From a virus (taxonomy: Duplodnaviria > Caudoviricetes): 64,000 nt of DNA. Each line of letters opens with the position of its first letter. Positions within the stretch are counted from its first letter, which is position 1. Under the pieces are notes generated by a model. That model saw nothing but the letters and a program-made list of their open reading frames with translations, did no database searches and had not been told where the DNA came from. Where the stretch lies: IMG/VR virus record IMGVR_UViG_3300032373_000001, one strand, 5' to 3'. Both the position numbers and the translations under genes were made by a program. This document shows positions 36,495 through 45,372 of this stretch, piece after piece.

Positions 36495-37751
36495 TCAAGC
36501 CTCCCCCGAGTCCGCCCCCTTGGGGCTGTACTGGAAGGTCAACCCTTCCCTCTGGATGGAGACGAAGCAGCTCTCCCGGATCCCGAGCCCGTGCTGGCAG
36601 AGCTGGGCGTCAGGGAATTCCTCTCGCGCGGCGAGGAGCAGGTTCACGTCCTCCTCGCTCGGCGCGGTGGCCTTGTGGGAAGTCTGCACCTCTGCGAAGA
36701 TCCAGTTCGGGTGGGCGGACTGGAGGCAGCCGATGCGATACTGCTTCACCTCAGTCCGGTAGACCTCCAGGCCCTTCTGGCCCATGCCCTCTTCGAGCAA
36801 GGTGCGCAAGTAGGTGGAGCCTTGACTCCGCGCGAAGGTGCGCATTTCGCGCATCAGGACCTCCTGAGCCTTGGCTTCGACTGCCTGGTTGACCCCTCTC
36901 ATGATGTCCTTCTTGCCGTGGAGGACATCAGTGTCCCGGATGCCGGTATTGGCCCAGAGGCGGGTGGGGTCTTCAGGGGAAGATGCCTCGATGTCCTCCA
37001 TTCGCTGCAGGAGGAGCTGTACCGCTTCGACCTCCGAGAACCAGGGCTCGTTCTTGTACTTGTTGGCCTCGAAGAAGTATCGGATGTCACTCAGGTTGCG
37101 TTGCCGCCGGGCAGCGATGCCGGCAGCTTCCGCTCGTTTCCGCAGGGGCTCCAGCTTGGCCGTCTCGACCTCCTCCAACGCCTCCAGTCGCGCCCGCTCC
37201 TCCGACCGCCACTCCAGCAGGGAGGCGATGTCCTGGAACCAGTCGAACTCCTTGGCATGCCCGTACACCTCTCCCACGAAGGGAGACTCGCCGGGCATCT
37301 GGGCCTCGTAACCAACGAGGCGGGCCTTGTTGTTGGTGAGCAACTGACCCCTCAAGTTCATGCGCGCGCCGACGCCCAGGAAGGCGAGGCCGCTGTTCTG
37401 GTTGATGCTTGCAGCCTTCGCCAGGGCCTCCCAGCACTCCGGCGGGAGTACTTCCGAACGGGTGTTGATGGCCGTCCGGGGGTCCAGGAGGAAGCCCAGC
37501 ATCGTGGCCAGTCGGGTGATCTTGGCGAGAGCTTGGTCCGAGTCCTCGGTCCCCTCGAGACCAAGGGCCACGGCCTGGAGGGCGCGGACGGCTTCCCTCA
37601 ACGCCACCTGACCTTCCTCGCCCTCGGGAACGGCGATGATGTGCTGCTCGCGCCCCGCGTTGACGCCTGCGGCGAGGGCAGCACGCCGCCCCTTCTCGCT
37701 GAGCAGGTACGAGACCCGGATGCTACCGGGGGTCTTGGAAATGTTATCCAC
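36495..37751 (-). CDS. Hypothetical protein (418 aa)
   Basis: RBS AGGAGAACCC-GTG. Confidence 0.7.
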   Translation of the reverse strand: MDNISKTPGSIRVSYLLSEKGRRAALAAGVNAGREQHIIAVPEGEEGQVALREAVRALQAVALGLEGTEDSDQALAKITRLATMLGFLLDPRTAINTRSEVLPPECWEALAKAASINQNSGLAFLGVGARMNLRGQLLTNNKARLVGYEAQMPGESPFVGEVYGHAKEFDWFQDIASLLEWRSEERARLEALEEVETAKLEPLRKRAEAAGIAARRQRNLSDIRYFFEANKYKNEPWFSEVEAVQLLLQRMEDIEASSPEDPTRLWANTGIRDTDVLHGKKDIMRGVNQAVEAKAQEVLMREMRTFARSQGSTYLRTLLEEGMGQKGLEVYRTEVKQYRIGCLQSAHPNWIFAEVQTSHKATAPSEEDVNLLLAAREEFPDAQLCQHGLGIRESCFVSIQREGLTFQYSPKGADSGEA

Positions 37752-37787
37752 GGGTTCTCCTGGGAGTCAACTGGGGTTACGGGCGGG

Positions 37788-39392
37788 TCAATAGTTGGTC
37801 AGCTTGAGTCGTCCGCGATTGAAGTCAACCTCAACGCGGAGGCTCTCGTCGCCGGAGGTGAGAACAGCCCAGGTCGCCTCGTCTTCGACCAGGATGATGC
37901 GCAGGCCCTCTTCGCGGGCCACGGTAGCGAGGTGGCTCATCTCACCCCCAGCGTGGGCAATGACCGCCCCGCGACTCCCAGCGGAAGCAGCGGGGATGTA
38001 GTAGTCCGGGCTGAGGTCGGGAACGATGAGGATCGTTCCCTGTGGGACCTCCTCATCGACCTCCGGGAGGTAGGGCTTGCCGCGAACCATGCCCTGACCG
38101 CCGAAGACCGGGACCTCGAAGCCGCCGACCTGCCGTTGGATGGCGTAGCGTAGGCTGGAAGCTGCCTCCTCAAAGGGCTTGTCCTTGTGGTGAGACCAGT
38201 CCTCGAACACCTGGGAGACCTTTTCTTGAGGCTGGGTGCCCAACATCCAATCGCTGTGGTATGCGCAATCAGATTCCAGCCGCAGGCCCGAGGCGCTGAC
38301 CGGGTCCCACGCAGGCTTCAGCGGTCGGAGTGCGGTGCGGTCCAGCGCCCAGCCGTAGAAAGCGTTCTGGGGGATCTGGTACTCGGCGGGGCGGTCGTCA
38401 CCTTCCGGCCGCTCCACGGTCAGGGTGAGGTAGCCCCCGAAGCTCTCGGCTTGCGCGCGGACCTTCTCGGTACGGCGCTCTTGGCCCTTGGACCACTCGT
38501 TGTCGTAGTGGGTATCCCGCGCATCAGCGACCTCGTACTTGTTCAGCCCGATGTAGTGGCGACCTTCCTGGATGTGAGCCGAGGTCAGCGCCGGATACTC
38601 CTCCAGGATGCCCTCATCATCGGTGAAGGAAGCTGTCATCTGAAGGAGGACCCAGACCGGAACGTCCGTGCCCTCGAAGTAGGCCACTCCGTCCCGCTTC
38701 ACGATGAGGTAGAAGTCGGGCTGGTCTCTACCCCCATCTTCGGCCGAGTTCCCGTCCACGGCAAGGGCTGCCTGAGCGCGCTCCCCGGAGCGGGCGTCTT
38801 CCCCGCCGTAGGCCCGCAGCCCTCCGCACTTGAGGAAGTCGTCGAGGGCTGCCTGGGGGCGTTCGAAGGTATCCAAGAAGAACGGGGGCTCCTCGACCTT
38901 CTCGAACAGGACGTAGAAGAAGCGGTCGTCTTCCCCGACCCGGAGGCACTCGGCGAGGTCACGGTCACGGTCGCGGGAGTAGTACATGGCCTGCTGGCGG
39001 TGGTGTTCCGGGACTGAGACGTAGCTAAGAGGACCCGTTGCGCGCCAGGCCCACTCGCAAGCTGACCGGCTGACGTTCTTCACCACAGCGTAAGGCCGAT
39101 AGAACTTGCCCTGCCGCTTCCACGTGCCTGCGAACATCTTCCGCAGGTTTTGGAGATAGGCTGCGCCGTCCGCGTCACCTTCTGGCACCGGCTCCAAGTT
39201 GACATAGCCAGCCGTCCGGGAGCTACCCGTGAGGTAGTGGGTCCCCCTCAGGATGGAAACCGCCTCTTCGTAGCCCATCCCGAAGCTCTCCTGAAGGAAC
39301 CGCAACGCCCTCAGAGTGCGCCCTTCCAGCATCCACTCCCGTACACGTTCGGTGACGAAATCCCCAGTGATGCTAAACGTCAAACTGCCCAT
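37788..39392 (-). CDS. Protein with internal DUF433-like domain and C-terminal PEP-utilising mobile (phospho-His) domain
   Basis: GTDVPVWVLL...EGILEEYPALTSAHIQE; GTILIVPDL...AVIAHAGGEMSHLATVAREEG. Confidence 0.75.
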   Translation of the reverse strand: MGSLTFSITGDFVTERVREWMLEGRTLRALRFLQESFGMGYEEAVSILRGTHYLTGSSRTAGYVNLEPVPEGDADGAAYLQNLRKMFAGTWKRQGKFYRPYAVVKNVSRSACEWAWRATGPLSYVSVPEHHRQQAMYYSRDRDRDLAECLRVGEDDRFFYVLFEKVEEPPFFLDTFERPQAALDDFLKCGGLRAYGGEDARSGERAQAALAVDGNSAEDGGRDQPDFYLIVKRDGVAYFEGTDVPVWVLLQMTASFTDDEGILEEYPALTSAHIQEGRHYIGLNKYEVADARDTHYDNEWSKGQERRTEKVRAQAESFGGYLTLTVERPEGDDRPAEYQIPQNAFYGWALDRTALRPLKPAWDPVSASGLRLESDCAYHSDWMLGTQPQEKVSQVFEDWSHHKDKPFEEAASSLRYAIQRQVGGFEVPVFGGQGMVRGKPYLPEVDEEVPQGTILIVPDLSPDYYIPAASAGSRGAVIAHAGGEMSHLATVAREEGLRIILVEDEATWAVLTSGDESLRVEVDFNRGRLKLTNY

Positions 39393-39421
39393 TGGTCTTC
39401 TCCGCTTGGTGTGCTTAGTCC

Positions 39422-39450
39422 TTACGGCACCCCCAGGAGGCGGAAATCAA
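39422..39450 (-). promoter_or_regulatory. Putative phage promoter TTGATTTCCG-N14-CGTAA
   Basis: Identical motif and spacing at 40893 and 45323; 30 nt upstream of start 39392. Confidence 0.6.
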
Positions 39451-39524
39451 GGGCAACCGAATTTAGGAGAACTGCTCTCGAAGGGCACCGGCCGACGGCA
39501 AGAGGGCCAGGGTTTTGGTGTAGC

Positions 39525-39737
39525 TCACTGAGCCTCTTTCCAGGTCAGGGCCTTGCGGGCAACGTCGTAGGCTTGTCGAGGACCGTTCTCCTCGGCCTCG
39601 AAGACCACGTTCTCCTTGCCCTCCTCGTCGGGGCTGAACACGACGGTGCGGTCGCTGCCGTTCCAGCGAGCATAGCCGTCGCCGTGCTCGGGGTGAGTGT
39701 ACTTGCCGTTGTTCCAAGGCGGGCGGATGCGAGGCAT
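39525..39737 (-). CDS. Small hypothetical protein
   Basis: 70 aa; RBS GGAG. Confidence 0.6.
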   Translation of the reverse strand: MPRIRPPWNNGKYTHPEHGDGYARWNGSDRTVVFSPDEEGKENVVFEAEENGPRQAYDVARKALTWKEAQ

Positions 39738-39738
39738 G

Positions 39739-40041
39739 TCAGTCTCCAGCAGGGAAGTTGTCGACGAGGACTGCGAAGCCCGCGCCGCGGAGAGCGTTGT
39801 TGGTGGTCCAGTCGCTCAGGTCCACCCAGTACTCACGCCGCTGCTTGGCGGTGAGGGGAGTGACCCGGCCACCGTAGCGCACCACGTGGAGGCCCTCGGA
39901 GCCGTAACTTTCGGTCACCCGGGCGACCCCGCAGCTGGGGGTCTTGCCGGTGCGGATGGCCATACCGGGCTGGGGGACGAAGCCGCCAGAGCGCAAGGTC
40001 TCGGTGAACTCTCGGCAAAATTTCATCTGTTCGTTCGTCAT
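39739..40041 (-). CDS. Hypothetical protein
   Basis: RBS AGGAGAACCC-ATG. Confidence 0.65.
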   Translation of the reverse strand: MTNEQMKFCREFTETLRSGGFVPQPGMAIRTGKTPSCGVARVTESYGSEGLHVVRYGGRVTPLTAKQRREYWVDLSDWTTNNALRGAGFAVLVDNFPAGD

Positions 40042-40348
40042 GGGTTCTCCTGCCCCGTATTACTGAACCCTCAGTCCCCCGAGACCTCAACCACAATCCC
40101 GGTGGCGTTGTCACAGCGGCCCTTGGTCCCCAACGCATAGGCCCGGTCCAGCAAGAGGTCCAGGTCCAACTGCTGGGTCTTGGGCACATAGTTGGGCTCC
40201 GCGAACAGGGTCGCCTGCCTCCAGAGGGGGTCCAGGCAGCTGGGGTTACGGGGCGGTCAGACGATCTCCCGTCCGGTTTGGAGGTCCGCAGGACGACCTC
40301 GGGGTGTTGCCAGCCAAGGGCGGGGAGGAGGGGAAGCGTGCTTGTCGG

Positions 40349-40552
40349 TCATGGTCTCCAGCCTCGACGGAAAGGGTGCCGGGCTCCTTTGCGCTCTCCC
40401 TCTCGCTCGGCGTCCTCCACCATGTTTCGGAGGAGACGGAGCCACTGGCCTGCTTCCCGTTCGTCCATCTCTTCGATGTGTTGGAAGGGCGCGGGCAAGA
40501 CCTGGCTTCCCCGTTGACGGCGCAGCAGGGCGACGAGTGCTCGCTTGTTCAC
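40349..40552 (-). CDS. Small hypothetical protein
   Basis: GTGA coupling. Confidence 0.55.
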   Translation of the reverse strand: MNKRALVALLRRQRGSQVLPAPFQHIEEMDEREAGQWLRLLRNMVEDAEREGERKGARHPFRRGWRP

Positions 40553-40680
40553 GACATCTCCGCGAGCTTCAGCCCCTTCTTGGCGAAGTCCTTCTCATTG
40601 CCGGAGTCTCCCGGCCGGAGCATGCTGTCGAAGATGGTGTTGAGGGTGGGCTCCAGGTTGATCTGGGTCGCATCTTGCAT
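40549..40680 (-). CDS. Small hypothetical protein (43 aa)
   Basis: Manual: MQDATQINLEPTLNTIFDSML...; RBS AGGAG. Confidence 0.55.
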   Translation of the reverse strand: MQDATQINLEPTLNTIFDSMLRPGDSGNEKDFAKKGLKLAEMS

Positions 40681-40689
40681 GGCGGGCTC

Positions 40690-40839
40690 CTATTCGAGTT
40701 CGGCGGGAGTGGGGATCAGGGCGGTGATGTGGGACGCAAACCACGCGCGACCGTACATCATGAAGTCGTTGGCCAGGCCAATGATGATGTTCCACTCACC
40801 GTGGTCGTTGGTCAGCAGGTGAAGGAGGAGGTGATCCAT
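40690..40839 (-). CDS. Small hypothetical protein (49 aa)
   Basis: RBS GGAG; MDHLLLH. Confidence 0.55.
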   Translation of the reverse strand: MDHLLLHLLTNDHGEWNIIIGLANDFMMYGRAWFASHITALIPTPAELE

Positions 40840-40860
40840 GATTGGTCTCCGGAAATGCGT

Positions 40861-40890
40861 TGAGGGGCGAGCCAACTGGCTCGCCCCTCA
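40861..40890 (-). other. Leader hairpin just downstream of promoter motif
   Basis: TGAGGGGCGAGCCA-ac-TGGCTCGCCCCTCA perfect inverted repeat. Confidence 0.65.
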
Positions 40891-40892
40891 TG

Positions 40893-40921
40893 TTACGGCG
40901 CGGAATCCCTTCGGAAATCAA
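40893..40921 (-). promoter_or_regulatory. Putative phage promoter TTGATTTCCG-N14-CGTAA
   Basis: Exact motif and spacing. Confidence 0.6.
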
Positions 40922-41014
40922 CCGAAGCGGAAATTCGACATCGCTGCGGCGGGGTCGCCTGCACCCGAGGCTGGGGTCCTGCGAGCGCCGAAATCCCGGT
41001 AGCCCCTCGGGCAC

Positions 41015-41419
41015 TCAGGGGAAGCCAGGTATGCGGTACAGGCGGCAGCCAGCAAGGTGGCCGAGGGTGCCCGTCTCCGCGAAGGTCTGAGAGCCGATGC
41101 GGTCGACCAGGGCGAAGTAGCGCCCGCCCCAGTACTCCTCCGGCATGAAGGCTCCGACCTCACCCAAGGAGGGCTTGAAGAGGTAGCCAGTGCTGGCCAT
41201 CTGGTACTCGGCTACAAATTTGCAGTCCTTGAACCCGAAGGACACCCGCTCCTGAGCGGGCAAGCCGCTGAACCCTTGGGTGAGGGGGTTGTAGTCGGTC
41301 AGGTCGAGCACCTCCAGCTGGTCCCCCGCCGCACGGACAGGGATGGTTAGGGCGACACGACCAAGGACCTCTTCTTCGCCCAGGCGCTTTATCAGGAGGT
41401 CTGGATGGGGAAGGCTCAT
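41015..41419 (-). CDS. Hypothetical protein
   Basis: 134-aa ORF. Confidence 0.65.
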   Translation of the reverse strand: MSLPHPDLLIKRLGEEEVLGRVALTIPVRAAGDQLEVLDLTDYNPLTQGFSGLPAQERVSFGFKDCKFVAEYQMASTGYLFKPSLGEVGAFMPEEYWGGRYFALVDRIGSQTFAETGTLGHLAGCRLYRIPGFP

Positions 41420-41421
41420 GC

Positions 41422-41910
41422 TTAAATCCCTTGGTTGGCCCAGTAGGTTGCTTGCTCGTCCAGCTGCACGGGGGTGCCGAAGTAGTCTGGGGCGTGATCC
41501 CCCTTACCGACCGCCCACCCCCGACCGGCACACTGCTCGCACCCCTTCATGACGAGGGGGCGAAGCCAGGTCCCGGACTCCCCTCGACCCGAACAGGCTC
41601 CGCAGCAGTGACCCCAGACCTTGACGTCACGGGGCTCCGTGCGGCCAGGGTGGGCTCCGACCAGGGATCGGAGGCGTTCGTCGAGGCGGGGGGACTCGAT
41701 GCAGACGCGGCTGGGGTGGTAGAGGACCCCATCCCGGAGCACCACGCTCAGACGGTAGCCGTCCACGCTGACCCCCACGAGGTCTTCCAGGGTCTTGCCG
41801 CGAACCCGGTTCTCACGGAACTTCTGAACCTGGAGCGTGACATCGGCATGCGCCGAGACCCGCTCCGCGTGCTCCGAGCCGGGGGTGTAGTACAGGTAGA
41901 TCTCGGTCAT
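41422..41910 (-). CDS. Protein with C-terminal DnaJ-type Zn finger
   Basis: CGACSGRG...CEQCAGRG. Confidence 0.65.
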   Translation of the reverse strand: MTEIYLYYTPGSEHAERVSAHADVTLQVQKFRENRVRGKTLEDLVGVSVDGYRLSVVLRDGVLYHPSRVCIESPRLDERLRSLVGAHPGRTEPRDVKVWGHCCGACSGRGESGTWLRPLVMKGCEQCAGRGWAVGKGDHAPDYFGTPVQLDEQATYWANQGI

Positions 41911-41939
41911 CTATCTCTCCGATGCGTCGTCAAGGGTCG

Positions 41940-42269
41940 TTACGGGGTCCACAGGAAGGTCTCGAAGACCTCACCCTTACAGCAAGGGCACCGAGGACCT
42001 TCGGAGGTCTGCTCGGGCTGTTCGCCCGAAGTGATGTTGTTCCATCCGCAGCGGAGCAGCCCACTCTGAGCAGCCTTGCGGGTGTGCTTGCAGCGCTGCC
42101 AGTTGGTGAAGCCAGGGCAGGTGCAGCGGTAGCCCCACTTGCTGCCCTGGAGCTGGGTGGCCCTGCCCTCCAACGGCCCCCAGCTGAGGGTGTAGGTGGT
42201 GTGCCGAGAGGTGCTGGGAATCTCTTGCTCCCAGGCACGGAAACTCTCACAGGCCAAAAACCGCTTCAT
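41940..42269 (-). CDS. SWIM zinc-finger protein
   Basis: YRCTCPGF...RCKH (CxC-xn-CxH) plus CPCC. Confidence 0.75.
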   Translation of the reverse strand: MKRFLACESFRAWEQEIPSTSRHTTYTLSWGPLEGRATQLQGSKWGYRCTCPGFTNWQRCKHTRKAAQSGLLRCGWNNITSGEQPEQTSEGPRCPCCKGEVFETFLWTP

Positions 42270-42287
42270 GGTTCCTCCAGGCCGCTG

Positions 42288-42386
42288 TTACGCGCCGAAC
42301 AGTCTGGACAAGAGCCCCACGAGGCCTGCCGACGCGAAGAGAATACAGAGGATAGCGACGATGGTAAAGAGAACGGTCAGGCCCAC
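42288..42386 (-). CDS. 32-aa hydrophobic membrane peptide
   Basis: Manual: MGLTVLFTIVAILCILFASAGLVGLLSRLFGA. Confidence 0.5.
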   Translation of the reverse strand: MGLTVLFTIVAILCILFASAGLVGLLSRLFGA

Positions 42387-42450
42387 GAGTCACCCCTCAA
42401 GAAAAGGCCCGCCCCGAGCAAGCCCGCGACCGCCGCTGTTCCGAGGGCCA

Positions 42451-42684
42451 TCACCGACCGCCCCGCTTGGGTCGAGGGTCGTTGCTCGGGGGGTGACGCC
42501 ACTCGCCCGCGTTGGGCGGAAGGGTGCCATCCCGAACGTAGAAGTCGACCGTGTCGTTCCAGTTCTGACAGCGGGCATCGTAGTCTGGGACGCCATCCTG
42601 CTCGTAGCGGGCCTTGATGGCCGGGAGGCATCGGGCCTCCCAGACCTCTTCGAGGAAACGCTTCTTGGTCATGTACCGCGACAT
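42451..42684 (-). CDS. Small hypothetical protein
   Basis: 77 aa. Confidence 0.6.
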   Translation of the reverse strand: MSRYMTKKRFLEEVWEARCLPAIKARYEQDGVPDYDARCQNWNDTVDFYVRDGTLPPNAGEWRHPPSNDPRPKRGGR

Positions 42685-42693
42685 CCGGGCCTC

Positions 42694-43149
42694 CTACGCG
42701 CTCTGCTGCTGTTGCTTCTTGTAGGCTTGCCAGCGCTCCAAGAAGGTATCGATCTTGTCCCAGTAGGGCTTGCCGGTGAGGTCTGCCCCCGTCTCGCTCT
42801 GGGAGCCCAGCGGGTGCACCAGCTTTTGGATGGTCTCGGGGTTGAGGATGCGCTTGGCGGCATCCCCTCGGATGCCGTGGCTCCAGACGTAGGCTCCGGC
42901 CCAGCGCCAGCCCGCCTCGAACCTCTTGCGGGGGTCGGTGTCGACGCCCAGCAAGTAGAGGTAGTTGCCCTCGAACTGGAGGGCCAAGCTCAGTACCCGC
43001 TGCCAGTTGGGACCGCCTTCGCGGGCCTGCTGCTGGTAGGAGGCCATGAGCCGCAGGGCTCGGGCGCGGGCTGCGTCATTCTTGAGGGGAGCCGTCCAAT
43101 CGAACTCCCTCAAGTTCCATGCGAACTGCTCCAGGGTCACACCGCTCAT
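42694..43149 (-). CDS. Hypothetical protein, paralog of 44771-45292
   Basis: Shared GWRW.GAY.W.HG and DLTG.P.W motifs. Confidence 0.7.
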   Translation of the reverse strand: MSGVTLEQFAWNLREFDWTAPLKNDAARARALRLMASYQQQAREGGPNWQRVLSLALQFEGNYLYLLGVDTDPRKRFEAGWRWAGAYVWSHGIRGDAAKRILNPETIQKLVHPLGSQSETGADLTGKPYWDKIDTFLERWQAYKKQQQQSA

Positions 43150-43174
43150 CCGTCACTCCTCATCAGGAGTACGG
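43150..43174 (-). promoter_or_regulatory. RBS-sequestering hairpin
   Basis: CCGT-ACTCCT-gatg-AGGAGT-g-ACGG then ATG. Confidence 0.6.
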
Positions 43175-43204
43175 TTACGGTACTGACAAGCCTGGGAAGG
43201 CTGA

Positions 43205-43648
43205 TCAGCCCGTGATGATCACCCGATCAGTGGCGCTGGACTGGACCTGGATAAACTCGACAGCGGCGATGCGCAGGTCCGGCACGACCTCGCACCCGGC
43301 TGCGCGCATGGCGATGTGAATCGCGCGGACATGAGTGAAGGTGGCCCGCATGCCGTCGATGCGCCACGCGGAGTCGTGGTTGGACGCCAGGGTGTAGTCC
43401 TCGTCTGCGGGCTTCTCCCACTCAGAGGGGGTGTCCGCCACCCAGACCTCCGTGTACTGCATCGGGCGCACGAAGATGTAGTGGATGCAGCGCTGGATGC
43501 AGTGATCCTTTTCCGACCCCTCTTCGTATTCGTAGTGGTCGGCGCGCACGACGACGCGGACCACGAGGGCCTTGTCCGGCCCAGACTCGCGGGGAAGGAC
43601 CCCCTCCACGACAGCGGCAACGGAGCAGTTCAGGTTGGTGGGGTTCAT
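43205..43648 (-). CDS. Hypothetical protein
   Basis: Start MNPTNL. Confidence 0.55.
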   Translation of the reverse strand: MNPTNLNCSVAAVVEGVLPRESGPDKALVVRVVVRADHYEYEEGSEKDHCIQRCIHYIFVRPMQYTEVWVADTPSEWEKPADEDYTLASNHDSAWRIDGMRATFTHVRAIHIAMRAAGCEVVPDLRIAAVEFIQVQSSATDRVIITG

Positions 43649-44022
43649 CGGCCAGTCTCCAGGTAGTCTCGGTGTGAGTAGATAAGGGTTTCGACCAGGT
43701 CCCAGCAAATGCGGTGGCTCTCATCCAAGAGGTGAGACGCCTCGGAGAACGGGATTCTTATCCCGTAGGATTTGAGCAAGCTGCTGAGGTAACCGCAAGC
43801 CACGATGCGGTTTGTCTCGTCCGCGAAGGGGAAGTGGTGGGAACCGTGGTAGGCGCGGGCAAAGTTGTAAGCCGCCTCCCCTCCAGGAACCGCCCGCACT
43901 TCATCCAAGAAGGTTTCATCCAGTTTGTCTCTTGCTTCTTCGGCCGAAGAAGCATCCTTGAAGTAGCGGTCCCAGCGGATGGACTTCAGCAGCGTGTGGA
44001 CACATCTAAGCGTGCGTGCCAT
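43645..44022 (-). CDS. Hypothetical protein
   Basis: RBS AGGAG. Confidence 0.6.
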   Translation of the reverse strand: MARTLRCVHTLLKSIRWDRYFKDASSAEEARDKLDETFLDEVRAVPGGEAAYNFARAYHGSHHFPFADETNRIVACGYLSSLLKSYGIRIPFSEASHLLDESHRICWDLVETLIYSHRDYLETGR

Positions 44023-44401
44023 CAGTCTCCTCCTGGAAAATCAGGCTCTCGCGGCCGGCGGTCAGTGCCCTGACCAGGCCCCAGTTGATGCAACCGTTGG
44101 GTTGCAGGAAGGTTCGGAGGCCGTCGTACTCAAGAATGACTCCCCACACCCGAAAGTGCAGCTGAAGGTAGAGCAGCGCGGAGTGCTCCCCATCTTCCCA
44201 GAGGCAAGTCTCCACCCAGCGTCGGCGAGCACAGTAGTAACCCTGTGCCTGCGACCACAACATACGCAACAGCGGGGAGTAGTCGTCCCATTCCGGGGGT
44301 GACCACACGGCCAGCATGGGCTTCCCCGACTCAGGGACCGCCTTCCTCCAGTAGTCGGGGATGCTGAACTGGTCAGCGAGGTACATATCTTCGGCGTTCA
44401 C
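44006..44401 (-). CDS. Hypothetical protein
   Basis: 131-aa ORF. Confidence 0.6.
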   Translation of the reverse strand: MNAEDMYLADQFSIPDYWRKAVPESGKPMLAVWSPPEWDDYSPLLRMLWSQAQGYYCARRRWVETCLWEDGEHSALLYLQLHFRVWGVILEYDGLRTFLQPNGCINWGLVRALTAGRESLIFQEETDGTHA

Positions 44402-44404
44402 CGG

Positions 44405-44659
44405 TCAGCCCTGAAGGTCGGCGTACATGGCCTGAGCGCGGTCGCTCAGGCTCGACCAGCCCGCCTCCTCAGCTTCGGCCCAGATCTCATCCAGGATGGA
44501 GCTGAGAGGCTGGCCCCACCGTTCTTCGATGCGGTCGATGGCATCGTCGTACCGGGGCCCGTTGAGGCGGTTGGCCCGGTCGATGGCGTCGAGGGTGCGG
44601 CAGAGGGAAGCCTTGCGACCGGCGGCGCGGATGCCGGGTTCGCGGCGAGGGAAAGCCAT
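44405..44659 (-). CDS. Small hypothetical protein
   Basis: RBS GGAG; downstream of promoter motif. Confidence 0.65.
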   Translation of the reverse strand: MAFPRREPGIRAAGRKASLCRTLDAIDRANRLNGPRYDDAIDRIEERWGQPLSSILDEIWAEAEEAGWSSLSDRAQAMYADLQG

Positions 44660-44689
44660 GGGGGGACTCCGAGTGCGGGTTCATAGTCG

Positions 44690-44718
44690 TTACGGGCAAA
44701 AGCAGAATCAGAAAGCAA
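44690..44718 (-). promoter_or_regulatory. Promoter variant TTGCTTTCTG-N14-CGTAA
   Basis: 8/10 match with identical spacing. Confidence 0.5.
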
Positions 44719-44754
44719 GCAATCCTCCAGCTTTGGGAAAAGCTGGAGGATTGC
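44708..44754 (-). terminator. Intrinsic terminator overlapping next promoter
   Basis: 16-bp stem GCAATCCTCCAGCTTT/AAAGCTGGAGGATTGC with T-rich tail TTGCTTTCTGA on minus strand. Confidence 0.7.
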
Positions 44755-44770
44755 GGCAGGGCCGAGACTA

Positions 44771-45292
44771 TCAGGCAGAGGCCATCATCGCGCGGCACTC
44801 CTCGGTGAGGGTGACGGCCTGGGCAGCGGCAACGAGGTCCATCGGCTTCTTGCAGATGGCTTCGATGGCCTCCCAGATGGGCTGACCTGTCAGATCCCAG
44901 TGCTCGGGCTTGGTGGAGTACCCGATGGGGCGGGTGAGGCTCTGAGCGACTGCCACGCTGGGCTTGAGGCCGTGAACCCACAGGTACGCGCCGACCCAGC
45001 GCCACCCCTCTTCGTAGCGAGCAGCCCGCTTGTCGTCGTCGTGGCGGCGGGGACCTTCCGACGGCCAGCACGACCAGGTGAAGTTGCCGTGCCACGCACG
45101 CCCCAACCCCCAGAGCCGACGGTAGTTGGGGTTCCCCTGCGCGACGGTGGCCTCGACGATGGCCTCCATTTCCACGACCCGTGCGCGGTGGCGGCGAGAA
45201 GGGTACGGGCTATCGGACATGCAGGACGACCAGTCCATCCGGCGGATGCGGGCGGCGAACTCCGGGAGGGTGGGGATATCGACGTGGCTCAT
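44771..45292 (-). CDS. Hypothetical protein, paralog of 42694-43149
   Basis: TLPEFAARIRRMDW; RYEEGWRWVGAYLWVHG; DLTGQPIW. Confidence 0.7.
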   Translation of the reverse strand: MSHVDIPTLPEFAARIRRMDWSSCMSDSPYPSRRHRARVVEMEAIVEATVAQGNPNYRRLWGLGRAWHGNFTWSCWPSEGPRRHDDDKRAARYEEGWRWVGAYLWVHGLKPSVAVAQSLTRPIGYSTKPEHWDLTGQPIWEAIEAICKKPMDLVAAAQAVTLTEECRAMMASA

Positions 45293-45322
45293 GACTCAGC
45301 TCCGTGTAAAGGGTCACCTTCA

Positions 45323-45351
45323 TTACGGCAGCGAATTTGAGCGGAAATCAA
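45323..45351 (-). promoter_or_regulatory. Putative phage promoter TTGATTTCCG-N14-CGTAA
   Basis: Exact motif and spacing. Confidence 0.6.
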
Positions 45352-45372
45352 CCCGACGACAGAAATTCCGAA

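Noticed and set aside
41940-42291. CGTAA hits at 41940 and 42288 as promoters
   Set aside because: Both are TAA stop codons of genes and lack the TTGATTTCCG element at 14 nt.
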